From: a virus
Taxonomy: Duplodnaviria > Caudoviricetes
DNA length: 28,640 nt
Reading direction: 5' to 3' (one strand)
Virus record (IMG/VR): IMGVR_UViG_3300038675_000685
Coordinates: 1 to 28,640 of that record
The position numbers and the translations under genes are program-made. The notes below the pieces were generated by a model, which ran no database searches, was not told the origin of the DNA, and saw nothing but the letters and a program-made list of their open reading frames with translations. Below are positions 8,377-17,965 of this stretch, in pieces; the first letter of the stretch is position 1; each line of letters starts with the position of its first letter.

Positions 8377-9597
8377 ATGCCAATATTTAAACGCAAAAAC
8401 AAAACTGGTTCAATCGATACTTTACAAATCATCAACAACACCAACACATTCTATACACCTTTTGGGACTAACATTTCTAAAAGTGATGTTGTTAAGATTT
8501 GTATTGATAGAGTGGCCAGTCAATGTGCAAAACTAAAACCAAGATATATCAAAATAGAAAATGATAAGACAGTATCCGAGAAAAGCGGAAGGCTGTCTTT
8601 TCTTTTGAAGCATAAACCCAATGATATCATGACGCCTTATGATTTTATCTATAAGGTTGTTACAACATTACTACTTAACGATAATGCCTTTATATATCCT
8701 AGATTTGATAAATATACAGGACACCTTATAGGACTTTATCCACTTAAACCCATTACGGTTGAAATGATTATAGATCAGAGCGATTATTATTATATAAAAT
8801 TCTTGTTTGAAAATGGCGACTCCTATACATTACCTTATGAGAATATCATTCACTTAAGAAAACACTACGGACAAAACGATATCTTTGGTGGTAATGGATC
8901 AAGTGGTGATCATGAAGCAATCCTAAAAACCATATCCATTAATGATAGTTTACTTCAAGGCATTGACAATGCGATAAAATCATCGATGCAGATTAAAGGG
9001 ATTGTTAAGATGAATGGGATGTTATCAGAAGCAGATAAGAAAAAACAAAGAGAACTCTTTGATAGTGCACTCTCTGACTCCATAAACAATAAAGGCAGTT
9101 CTATCATTCCAATTGATTTAAAGAGTGAATATATCCCTTTGGATGTTGATCCTAAACTGATAGATAAAGATACGCTGGAATTCTTACAGTCAAAGATTTT
9201 GGATTACTTTGGTGTATCAGTTCCCATATTTACAAGTAAGTATACAGAAGATGAATATAACTCGTTTTACGAGTCAACCATAGAGCCTTTAGCTATTCAA
9301 CTTAGCGAGGCTTTTTCTATAGGTTTATTAACTAATAACCAACTAGAACGTGGTGAAGAAATCGTGTTCTTTAGTGAAAGACTACAATATGCTTCATGGA
9401 ATACGAAAGTCACTGCGATTGAAAAGCTAATGAGCCTAGGCATTATGTCTTTAAATGAATCAAGAGCGCTATTAGGATTAGAACCTATTGAAGGTGGACA
9501 CAAACGCCTTCAATCATTAAATTTTGTTGATGCTGATAAAGCAAACTTATATCAAGTAGGATCTAAGGAGGAAGAAGATCATGAAAGTAACGATTAA
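8377..9597 (+). CDS. Portal protein, HK97 family
   Basis: LLKHKPNDIMT, LLNDNAF, ENIIHLRK, FGVS, MSLNESRALLGLEPIEGG. Confidence 0.95.
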   Translation: MPIFKRKNKTGSIDTLQIINNTNTFYTPFGTNISKSDVVKICIDRVASQCAKLKPRYIKIENDKTVSEKSGRLSFLLKHKPNDIMTPYDFIYKVVTTLLLNDNAFIYPRFDKYTGHLIGLYPLKPITVEMIIDQSDYYYIKFLFENGDSYTLPYENIIHLRKHYGQNDIFGGNGSSGDHEAILKTISINDSLLQGIDNAIKSSMQIKGIVKMNGMLSEADKKKQRELFDSALSDSINNKGSSIIPIDLKSEYIPLDVDPKLIDKDTLEFLQSKILDYFGVSVPIFTSKYTEDEYNSFYESTIEPLAIQLSEAFSIGLLTNNQLERGEEIVFFSERLQYASWNTKVTAIEKLMSLGIMSLNESRALLGLEPIEGGHKRLQSLNFVDADKANLYQVGSKEEEDHESND

Positions 9598-9799
9598 TGG
9601 GAAAATATCAAATGAAGCATTAAAAAGCATTTTAGAAACACAAAAAGAAAAGACAAAAACGATCACTGATTTTTGTAAGAAAGAAAAACTAGAAGCTTTT
9701 TCATATAAAGACTCAGAACTTGAGTTTGATTATGAACAAGAAGTGAAACCTAAAACAACTAAAAAGATCGAGGTTAGAACCGATGATAAAAGAAACTAG
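9581..9799 (+). CDS. Small charged hypothetical protein
   Basis: Overlaps portal end and protease start; SD AAGGAGG. Confidence 0.65.
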   Translation: MKVTINGKISNEALKSILETQKEKTKTITDFCKKEKLEAFSYKDSELEFDYEQEVKPKTTKKIEVRTDDKRN

Positions 9800-10373
9800 A
9801 CTTGCAGAAGTACGCCTTCATGAAGATGAAGGTAAGATGATTTTAGAAGGCTATGCATTAGTCTTTAATCAAGAAACACTGATTGGTGATGAAACATTTG
9901 GTTTTATCGAAGAAATATCACCTACTGCGCTACAAGAAACAAAAATGAAGGATGTTCCTATGAAATACAATCACATGGACTCCTTTTTAATTATTGCAAG
10001 AACCAAGAATAAATCGCTTGAACTCACCGTTGATCATATAGGTCTTAAAGTAAGAGCTGAACTCTTAGATACAAGTCATAACCAGGATATCTATAAAATG
10101 GTTAGAAGTGGACTTTTAGATAAAATGAGTTTTGCTTTTACAGTTGATGAACAGGTCTGGAACCGTGAAGGTGACATTCCTAAAAGAACCATTACAAAGA
10201 TAGAAAGATTGTATGATGTGTCAGTTGTGGATACACCTGCATACGATGCAACCTCGATATATGCTCGTTCTTTAGAGTCCATGGAGTTGGAACTAAAGAC
10301 TATGGAGTTAGAAGAGCAAAAAGAAAAATCAAGCATTATCAAAAAACGTATCAAAATTAAATCACAAATCTAA
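9783..10373 (+). CDS. HK97 prohead maturation protease
   Basis: LEGYALVFN, YNH, MSFAF, LYDVSVVDTPAY. Confidence 0.95.
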   Translation: MIKETRLAEVRLHEDEGKMILEGYALVFNQETLIGDETFGFIEEISPTALQETKMKDVPMKYNHMDSFLIIARTKNKSLELTVDHIGLKVRAELLDTSHNQDIYKMVRSGLLDKMSFAFTVDEQVWNREGDIPKRTITKIERLYDVSVVDTPAYDATSIYARSLESMELELKTMELEEQKEKSSIIKKRIKIKSQI

Positions 10374-10387
10374 GGAGAGAAAAAATC

Positions 10388-11527
10388 ATGAATTTAGAAT
10401 TAAGAAGAAAAGAAATCGAATCACGATTAAAAGAAATTAGAAGTTTAGTTGATTCTGAAGCTGATCTAGAAAAACTAGAAGCTCTAGACACAGAAACAAC
10501 AACCCTTCAAGAAGAAAGAGCATCCATTGATAAGAAGATGGCGATTGCTTCTAAAACAGAATTTAAACCGATTCAAGTCGATAATCGTCAAATGGTCGAT
10601 AAAGAAAAACTAGAAACAAGAGGACAAAGCCTAAAAGAAAGCAGAGTCATTCAAGTATCTAGCTCTGAAATATTACTTCCTGATCACACGTCAACGAATC
10701 TTGCACCAGTTCCATTTGCTCAAGTGTCAAGTTTAGTTGATCGTGTGAATGTAATTAACTTAAATGGTGGTGAGACTTATAAGAAATCTTTTGTAAAGTC
10801 AAATGGTATTGCTGGAACAACTGCAGAAGGTGGAGCTTACTCTGAAACTGAACCAGCATTTGGATATTTAACCATTTCAAAAGTAAAAATCACTGCTTAT
10901 ACAGAAATTACTGAAGAGTTAGAAAAACTCCCTTCTATTCCTTATCAAGCTGAAGTATTGCGTAATATCAACATTTCACTTAAAAAGAAAATTAGCGAAC
11001 AAATCTTACGTGGTGCCGGAACCACGAATACATTCACTGGAATATTCAGTGAAGCTGCAGTGGCACTAGCGGATAAAGCAGCCCTTGAAGTAGAAGCAAT
11101 CACCGATTCAACCCTTGATGACATTGTCTTTGCTTATGGAGGCGATGAAGAAGTCGAAGGTGGTGCAGTTCTTATCTTGAATAAGAATGACTTACGTGCA
11201 TTTGCTGGACTTAAAACACAAGAAGGTCGCAAGGTTCACTCCATTGATTATGTTAATAAGACGATTGATGGTATTCCTTATATCATTAATTCACACTGTA
11301 AAGCAATTTCAGATAGCAATACAGTAGCTGGTGAATATGGTATCGCTTATGGTGCCCTTAAGAACTATGAAGTGCCAGTGTTCTCACCAGTAGAAATTGG
11401 AAAATCAACAGATTATAAATTTAAAGACGGTATTATCAGTTATAAGGCTTCAGTCTTTACTGGTGGTAACGTTGTCGGTTATAACGGCTTTTTACGTATT
11501 AAGAAGAAAGCTGCAGCTGCAGGCTAA
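10388..11527 (+). CDS. Major capsid protein, HK97 fold with N-terminal delta domain
   Basis: N-terminal coiled coil; ITEEL, ILRGAGT, IDGIPY; follows the protease. Confidence 0.95.
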   Translation: MNLELRRKEIESRLKEIRSLVDSEADLEKLEALDTETTTLQEERASIDKKMAIASKTEFKPIQVDNRQMVDKEKLETRGQSLKESRVIQVSSSEILLPDHTSTNLAPVPFAQVSSLVDRVNVINLNGGETYKKSFVKSNGIAGTTAEGGAYSETEPAFGYLTISKVKITAYTEITEELEKLPSIPYQAEVLRNINISLKKKISEQILRGAGTTNTFTGIFSEAAVALADKAALEVEAITDSTLDDIVFAYGGDEEVEGGAVLILNKNDLRAFAGLKTQEGRKVHSIDYVNKTIDGIPYIINSHCKAISDSNTVAGEYGIAYGALKNYEVPVFSPVEIGKSTDYKFKDGIISYKASVFTGGNVVGYNGFLRIKKKAAAAG

Positions 11528-11552
11528 TTTTAGTTAAGAAAGGATTGATCCC

Positions 11553-11834
11553 ATGATAATTTTAGATATTGTAAAAAAGGCTTTACTCATCCCCCAAGTA
11601 GAGACTTATGCTGATGATGAGTTAAACACGCACATCAATAGCTGTAAACATTACCTTTTGAGTTGTGGGGTTGATCCTTCTTATATAAATGATGAATCAA
11701 ATCCAATGGTTAGTACAGTCATTATTATTTATGTGAAGACATTTTATGGCTTTAAAAACGATGGAAGCGCAAAAGAACTACCCAAGTCATTTGATATGCT
11801 GGTAGGTCAACTCGCATTAACAAAAGGAAGCTAA
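11553..11834 (+). CDS. Head-tail connector (gp6-like)
   Basis: VKKALLI...DDEL...I...YL...GV; synteny. Confidence 0.85.
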   Translation: MIILDIVKKALLIPQVETYADDELNTHINSCKHYLLSCGVDPSYINDESNPMVSTVIIIYVKTFYGFKNDGSAKELPKSFDMLVGQLALTKGS

Positions 11835-11839
11835 ACAAA

Positions 11840-12178
11840 ATGTATCCAAATTCCCCCAATATAAGAATGCACTTACTAACCTTGGAGATGATTCCTAACA
11901 CCATGGGTGTGATGAGTTATCATTTTAAGTCAAAAAAAGAAGTCATTGGTATCAATTTTTCGATTACTTCAAGAGAGTATTATGAGAGTAAACGCTCAGA
12001 TATAAGAATTGATATTGCAGTTAAAGTACAAGGGATCGTCTATGATGGTTCTAAGTATGTGGATATCGGACAAGTTATCTATAAGATAGAAAGAACCTAT
12101 CAATCAGGACAGTTCATTGAACTCTACTTAAAAAGAACAGCAATCAAGTTAGGTGATATCATTGACTACCCTAGATAA
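11840..12178 (+). CDS. Head closure / head-tail adaptor
   Basis: SITSREYY, YKIERTY, IELYL; synteny. Confidence 0.8.
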   Translation: MYPNSPNIRMHLLTLEMIPNTMGVMSYHFKSKKEVIGINFSITSREYYESKRSDIRIDIAVKVQGIVYDGSKYVDIGQVIYKIERTYQSGQFIELYLKRTAIKLGDIIDYPR

Positions 12179-12542
12179 ACTGGGTGACGCGATCACAAAG
12201 ATCTTAAACTCTTATGTAGAAGACATTGTTCCAAAACTCGAAGATCGTTTAAATGACACTGCTGATGAAATCATTAGCTATATAAAAAATAATGCACCAC
12301 GTAGCGGTAACAGAAACGCTTTTGCAGATACATTTGTTAAAACTAAAACAGGTACAGGTATTAATAAAAGTGTAACGATCTACTCTGAAGGAAAAGGTGG
12401 TTTAACACACTTACTTGAATTCGGATATACACATCGAAGTGGTAAATATATCGGTCCTAAGCCTTTTTTGAGGCCAGCATATGATTTATTTACTCCAAAG
12501 ATGCTAGAAGCAATTAAAGAAATAATTAAAAAAGGTGATTAA
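12162..12542 (+). CDS. HK97 gp10-like tail completion protein
   Basis: LTHLLEFG...PKPFLRPA; SD AGGTGA favours TTG 12162. Confidence 0.85.
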   Translation: MTTLDKLGDAITKILNSYVEDIVPKLEDRLNDTADEIISYIKNNAPRSGNRNAFADTFVKTKTGTGINKSVTIYSEGKGGLTHLLEFGYTHRSGKYIGPKPFLRPAYDLFTPKMLEAIKEIIKKGD

Positions 12543-12543
12543 T

Positions 12544-12879
12544 GTGAGAGAAATCTATGAACCGCTATATCAAACGTTAAATTATGTGTGCCCAGGACAA
12601 GTGAGCTATGGTACTAAAGAAAACTTGGTTGAAAGTGAAACCTATATTATTTACCAAGAGATATCTAATCGTGGGACTATGTATGCTGATGATAAAGTGA
12701 AGCTCAGAATACTCACAATTCAAATCAACCTAATCACAAAAATAAAGAACCTCGAGCTAGAAGAAAAGCTTGAGGTATCTTTGTATTTAGCAGGGTATGC
12801 ATTTCAAATGCTAACTGAATACCAAAATGAAGACGGTTCAATAAACCGTGTATATGAAATCAAAATGGAGGTTATATAA
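12544..12879 (+). CDS. Tail terminator-like protein
   Basis: YIIY...YADD...IQINL; SD AAAGGTGA favours GTG 12544. Confidence 0.75.
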   Translation: MREIYEPLYQTLNYVCPGQVSYGTKENLVESETYIIYQEISNRGTMYADDKVKLRILTIQINLITKIKNLELEEKLEVSLYLAGYAFQMLTEYQNEDGSINRVYEIKMEVI

Positions 12880-12881
12880 AA

Positions 12882-13448
12882 ATGAGCAATAAAGTAACAT
12901 TTGGTTTAACCAATGTGCATTATGCGCTGGCAACACAAACCGAAGATGGCAGCTGGACTTTTGCAACACCGAAAAGGTTAGAAGGTGCACAAGAAATATC
13001 CACAGAAGCTATTGGTGGTAATTCTCAAGTCTATGCAGATGATAAAGTTATCGCAACACTTGTGTCTAATTCAGGATCTAATGTAACAATTAAATTTACA
13101 GAAATTGATGAATCATTCAAAAAAGATGTCTTTGGGTTTTTAGAAGACACTAATGGAAACTTAGTAGAAATTGTGAATGCTGAAACGAAAACTTTCGCAC
13201 TTGGCTATGAAATCCAAGGAGATCAAAAAGCAAGACGTATTTGGTATTACTTATGTACAGCCACACCAACTGGTGATGCAAGTAAATCAAAAGCAGATTC
13301 AATTGAAGCTAACTCAATAGAACTAAGTATTACAGCAAGACCAATTGAAGCAGGGAACAATCTGATCTTAAGAGTCATTGCAGGTGTAGGAGATGTTAAT
13401 TACAATACGTTTTTAACAACTGCACCAGCCTTACCAACATTCATATAA
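12882..13448 (+). CDS. Major tail protein (phi13 family)
   Basis: NKVTFGLTNVHYA, YADD, FALGYEIQGD, WYYLCTATP. Confidence 0.92.
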   Translation: MSNKVTFGLTNVHYALATQTEDGSWTFATPKRLEGAQEISTEAIGGNSQVYADDKVIATLVSNSGSNVTIKFTEIDESFKKDVFGFLEDTNGNLVEIVNAETKTFALGYEIQGDQKARRIWYYLCTATPTGDASKSKADSIEANSIELSITARPIEAGNNLILRVIAGVGDVNYNTFLTTAPALPTFI

Positions 13449-13458
13449 GGAGTATCAC

Positions 13459-13809
13459 ATGGAAAAAACACTTAAACTGGGCGATACAGATTATCGCTTG
13501 CACTCATCACTATTTACTATCATCGATTATCGTAATGTATTTTCAACTGAGTTATTTAGCGATATTAAAAAGCTAGAAAAATCTAGTACAAAAAAAGAAG
13601 AGGATCTATCGATGGTCATTGATACGATCTTTAGGATTATTTATGTTCTTCATCGCCCTTTTAGTAAACAGTCTTATAATGACTTTTTGATGTCATTAGA
13701 TTTTTCATTATTAAGTAATCAAAATGAATTAGAAAATCTGACGAATACGATAGGTGAAATGCTCGGGACATTTCAGAAAAGCACACCCCCAGCAAACAAA
13801 ACAAAGTAA
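13459..13809 (+). CDS. Tail assembly chaperone (gpG-like)
   Basis: Between major tail and tape measure genes; SD AAGGAG. Confidence 0.8.
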   Translation: MEKTLKLGDTDYRLHSSLFTIIDYRNVFSTELFSDIKKLEKSSTKKEEDLSMVIDTIFRIIYVLHRPFSKQSYNDFLMSLDFSLLSNQNELENLTNTIGEMLGTFQKSTPPANKTK

Positions 13810-13999
13810 TCAAGAAATAGATAATATCACTGCAAATGTCATCTTCAATCTTGCTCATCTAGGGTTATCGATTGAAGATTCAAAGGCATTTGATCTAGAA
13901 ACTTACTTTGAAATCGTTGGACTAGAGATGAAGGTAATTAGTGGTAATAAAGGATCTAGATATGCTAGTCAAAAAGATATCGATAATTTTCTTCTATAG
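13754..13999 (+). CDS. Tail chaperone C-terminal extension (gpGT-like), likely reached by frameshift
   Basis: Overlaps gpG in the +1 frame, has no SD, ends ASQKDIDNF as is typical of GT extensions. Confidence 0.7.
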   Translation: MKCSGHFRKAHPQQTKQSNQEIDNITANVIFNLAHLGLSIEDSKAFDLETYFEIVGLEMKVISGNKGSRYASQKDIDNFLL

Positions 14000-14002
14000 G
14001 AG

Positions 14003-16021
14003 GTGATTACCATCGCAGAAACAGTTAAGGGTCTTAATATAAAGCTTAGTCTTGATGGTAGAGACTTAGAAAATGAACTAAATGGCATTAAGAAGGATCT
14101 CAAAGAACAAAATAAAGATCTAAAAGCTATTAATAACAATTTAAAATATGATAGCTCAAATGTTGACCTATGGAAATCAAAACAAGATAAACTTAATGAT
14201 ATCTTATCGACAACAAAAAAGCGACTTGATACTCAGAACTTAGAGCTAGAGAAAGCTAAAAAAGCAGTTCAAATTGGCGACATGAGCCAAGAAGAATTTA
14301 ATATACTCAAGCGCAATGTCCAGTACACTGAAGCTGAATTATCAAAGCTTAACAATGAACTCGGAAAAACCAATAGCAAAATCCAAGAATTAAGTAATGC
14401 CAAATTCGATAAGATTGGAAAACTTGGATCAACACTTACAAAATCTGTAACGGCTCCTATAATAGGAGCTGTTTCTGCTTTAACGGCATTTTCGGTAAAA
14501 GCAGCATATACTGCAGATGAAATTGGCGATACAGCACAAAAGATAGGTCTATCTGCAGAAGCTTTCCAGGAGTGGAATCATGTTGCTACAATCATGGGAA
14601 CGTCAACCGAAAGCTTGAATAAAGGATTCATTAAAGTCAATGGTATCTTAGGTGATATTGCCACTGGTAATGCTGATAAAGTCGTTGATAGTTTAGCTCT
14701 GATCGGATTAACTGTTGATGATCTAAAGGGTAAGAACGCTGATGAGGCTTTTGAACTTATTAGTGAAGCATTAAGTAAGGTAGAAGATGAAGCAGTAAGA
14801 GTAGGTGTGGCCAATGAATTCTTCGGAGAGAAAATCGGGACTGAACTTATACCTATTCTTTCTAGTGAGATTTCTACGATTAGAGACTTAAGACAAGAAG
14901 CAAGAGAACTGGGAATTGTTACCAATGAACAGGCAGCACAGGCAGGTGAATTTACCGATGCACTTGATCGAACAAAACAAGCGTTATCAAGTTTAGGCGT
15001 AGATATAGCAACAACCATGATGCCTATCCTGCAAGCATTGATTATTAAAGTAAGAGATGAAATGATCCCAGTTGTTAAAGATTGGATTGCAAGATGGAAT
15101 AGCTTAGATTCAGATACTAAAAAGATGGTTGCAACCTTAATAGGTCTGGTCGCTGCTGTCGGTCCGGTTCTAGCTATTATTGGTAAGGTTGGACCACTCT
15201 TAAATATTGTGGCCATGACGCTTAAAGGTGTCGGTTCTGCGGGGCTTTTTGCAGGGGCAGGTATAAACTTTGCTACACTTGGCATTGGCGCGCTAATCGC
15301 AATTTTAGCGATGGCTTTACTACAAAGTGAGGAGTTTAAGGCATTGCTTGATAGGCTCATGGAAACGTTCATGCAGCTTTTACCACCGATTTTATCGATT
15401 GTCGATGCTCTGATGACTGCATTACAGCCCATCTTAGATGTGATTATTGATCTAGTCGTCATGCTTGTTGATTTATTAATACCTATTTTAGATGTCATAC
15501 TGATGCCACTGATTATGCAAGTTGGTATGTTTGCTGAAATATTAGAGATGCTGGCACCATTAATTATTACACTTGGAGAAATACTTCAAGCTATTTTAGT
15601 CCCTGCAATCAAAGTACTTAAAACAGTCTTAGATCCGATCTTAAAAGTAGTTCAAAAGATCATTGAATTTATTCAGAAAATATTTGAGTGGATTGGAGAT
15701 CTACCTTCTAAAATAGGCGATTTTGGAGGAAAGATTAAAAACATGTTTGGCAGTGTAACGGAAGGTATTAGTAATATCGCATCTAATGTAACAAATGGTA
15801 TAAGCGACTTTGCAAGTAAGGCAGCAGACAAAGTAGGCGGTTTCTTTGGTAAAGTTGGAGGATTTTTCAGTGATACCTTTAATTTAAAAGGTTCAAGCAC
15901 AGTCAATAATTCAAGCTCAAATTCATCATCAACGAATACAAACAACATCACTATCAACACAACATCTCCAACATTTGATATCGATTCTATTAACAGAGCG
16001 TTAGGAGGTAATGTGATTTGA
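14003..16021 (+). CDS. Tape measure protein (start GTG 14003 or ATC 14012)
   Basis: AETVKGLNIKL N-terminus, coiled coils, hydrophobic segments; no lytic domain recognised. Confidence 0.92.
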   Translation: MITIAETVKGLNIKLSLDGRDLENELNGIKKDLKEQNKDLKAINNNLKYDSSNVDLWKSKQDKLNDILSTTKKRLDTQNLELEKAKKAVQIGDMSQEEFNILKRNVQYTEAELSKLNNELGKTNSKIQELSNAKFDKIGKLGSTLTKSVTAPIIGAVSALTAFSVKAAYTADEIGDTAQKIGLSAEAFQEWNHVATIMGTSTESLNKGFIKVNGILGDIATGNADKVVDSLALIGLTVDDLKGKNADEAFELISEALSKVEDEAVRVGVANEFFGEKIGTELIPILSSEISTIRDLRQEARELGIVTNEQAAQAGEFTDALDRTKQALSSLGVDIATTMMPILQALIIKVRDEMIPVVKDWIARWNSLDSDTKKMVATLIGLVAAVGPVLAIIGKVGPLLNIVAMTLKGVGSAGLFAGAGINFATLGIGALIAILAMALLQSEEFKALLDRLMETFMQLLPPILSIVDALMTALQPILDVIIDLVVMLVDLLIPILDVILMPLIMQVGMFAEILEMLAPLIITLGEILQAILVPAIKVLKTVLDPILKVVQKIIEFIQKIFEWIGDLPSKIGDFGGKIKNMFGSVTEGISNIASNVTNGISDFASKAADKVGGFFGKVGGFFSDTFNLKGSSTVNNSSSNSSSTNTNNITINTTSPTFDIDSINRALGGNVI

Positions 16022-16848
16022 TAAGACAATTTTATTTAGAGAATGAATATGGTGAAATTTATTACTTTGATTACAGGAATCAGACACTCATTACTCAAGC
16101 AAGTGGGCTCGGTTTTGCTTTAGACATCAAGTATCTTGAATATGACCGCATGTATGCAAAATCGGAATTTCAACTACCGATGACTGAAATCAGTGAAACA
16201 TTAATCTTTCTAAGGGGATATCAAGGATACAAAGCATTTGTTGACTATTTATCAAAATCAAAGAAGGAACATAAACTTCACTATGTCACACCAGCATTTG
16301 CTTCTTATACATTTGTGGATGTATCGAGTCTTTCTAAAGCTGAGCTTGTTAGTGGCACAATTCAAAGCCAAATCATCTTTAAAAAACTATCACTTTGGAT
16401 CAAAGAGAAAACGTATGAGATAATAGCCAATGGCAGTAGCTATGGCAAAGTATATCCATACCAATATCCATTTATATATGCAAACTCTTATCAAGGCATC
16501 ACGCATATTAACAATCAAGGATTAGATGAGGCACCACTCAACATTGAGATTTATGGTGCTTTTTTAAATCCTGAAATTACAGTTAAAAAGAATGGTAATA
16601 TCATGCAAAGACTTAAACTATATGTTGAATCAGAAGATGCAACATTAAGTGTCATATCAAATCCTAGTGAACAAGTTATTAAGATGATAGAAAATGGATC
16701 AACTTATGATGTCTATGGCTTGCAGGATTTTGAGGCGGATAACTTCTTGTTTGTGAGTCATGGAGAGTATGAGATTGAATTTAAACCTGGTGTTAGTTCA
16801 ACAACGGTTTGTAGAGTCACACTTTTTGAAGGCTATGTAGGTATTTAA
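16018..16848 (+). CDS. Distal tail / baseplate protein (Dit-like)
   Basis: GKVYPYQYPFIY, NQGLDEAP, NPEI; follows tape measure via TTGA overlap. Confidence 0.8.
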   Translation: MIRQFYLENEYGEIYYFDYRNQTLITQASGLGFALDIKYLEYDRMYAKSEFQLPMTEISETLIFLRGYQGYKAFVDYLSKSKKEHKLHYVTPAFASYTFVDVSSLSKAELVSGTIQSQIIFKKLSLWIKEKTYEIIANGSSYGKVYPYQYPFIYANSYQGITHINNQGLDEAPLNIEIYGAFLNPEITVKKNGNIMQRLKLYVESEDATLSVISNPSEQVIKMIENGSTYDVYGLQDFEADNFLFVSHGEYEIEFKPGVSSTTVCRVTLFEGYVGI

Positions 16849-16849
16849 T

Positions 16850-17965
16850 ATGAAAGTCATATTTTTAGATCGTAAAACATTAGCCTATAAGGATTATGCT
16901 CCAGTGGGAAAAGAATATGAAATCATTTTAGACATGGTTCTCATTCAGCGATCAAGTTTTAAGCTGAACAAGACAAATATCGAGACTTCAATTGGAGATA
17001 TTGTTATCGCCAAGAATGATGAATTTTCTTATATTGGAATACTAGAAAGCATCGAACAAAAAGATGATCATTCAACGATCATTAGAACACTTGATTTTAG
17101 AGAAATCTTTAATTTAGATGTTTTAGTCACAAGTTTTACGGGAGATTTGATCGATTATCTTTATCAACTCATATCCTCTAACTTTAAGACGAACCACGAT
17201 ACACTGCAAAACTTAGACTATTTAATGATTCAAAAAGAAGCAAGTGTCACTGGCTCCCTTACTTTTGAAGCCGATAAAGTTGAAAACATTTCAAAAATAT
17301 TCGAGCTGGTTTCAAAAAGTTATGGAATTAGCTTTCAAACAGAAGTTGTTTATCTGAGAGGTAGAATCACGAATATACTCTTTAAGATTGTGAATGTCCA
17401 AGAAGGACTAGTCATGAAGAGTAATTTCTCCTCCATTTTAAATGTAGAAACGAATGATTCATCAAGCCAAGTCATTAATAAGGTCATTTATTATCCAAGA
17501 AGCGATAACCAAATCCATACGTCAAGTATGATTTTTTACTTATTAACAGATGGTAGTATCACAACAGATATGAATCATGTCTTGCGCTACCAAGCAGTGA
17601 TGACAAAAACATTTATCTATAGTGATCAAGAATATGAATCACTGGAGACTAAGGCTAGAAGCGAAATGGTAACTTCAAAGCTTGATCACCAGATCACATT
17701 TAATCTAGATTTGAATAATCAAGTTTTTATGCCATTTAATAACTTTAACTTGGGAGATTATATCTCATTTAAACATAACAAGAAAACATATGATACGGTT
17801 GTGACCGGACTTTTTTTTAAGGATACGCTCAAAGTTGCAAAGGTCACACTAGGAGAATACCGAGTGAAATTAACAGAAAAGGTGCAATTATTGAGTAAAG
17901 CTAAATCACAACAGGTGAGTCATATTTCAATAACGAATACAGATTTAGATGGAGGAGAATTCTAA
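16850..17965 (+). CDS. Baseplate hub (Tal-like) without lysin domain
   Basis: Follows Dit; FNLGDYI and VTLGE; ends DLDGGEF. Confidence 0.7.
   Translation: MKVIFLDRKTLAYKDYAPVGKEYEIILDMVLIQRSSFKLNKTNIETSIGDIVIAKNDEFSYIGILESIEQKDDHSTIIRTLDFREIFNLDVLVTSFTGDLIDYLYQLISSNFKTNHDTLQNLDYLMIQKEASVTGSLTFEADKVENISKIFELVSKSYGISFQTEVVYLRGRITNILFKIVNVQEGLVMKSNFSSILNVETNDSSSQVINKVIYYPRSDNQIHTSSMIFYLLTDGSITTDMNHVLRYQAVMTKTFIYSDQEYESLETKARSEMVTSKLDHQITFNLDLNNQVFMPFNNFNLGDYISFKHNKKTYDTVVTGLFFKDTLKVAKVTLGEYRVKLTEKVQLLSKAKSQQVSHISITNTDLDGGEF

Noticed and set aside
11500-13460. Frameshift-extended capsid or major tail protein (Ig-like tails)
   Set aside because: Next genes start within 10-25 nt, leaving no spare ORF
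14578-16029. Long minus-strand ORFs (306 aa and 118 aa)
   Set aside because: Antisense shadows of the tape measure gene; low-complexity, no motifs
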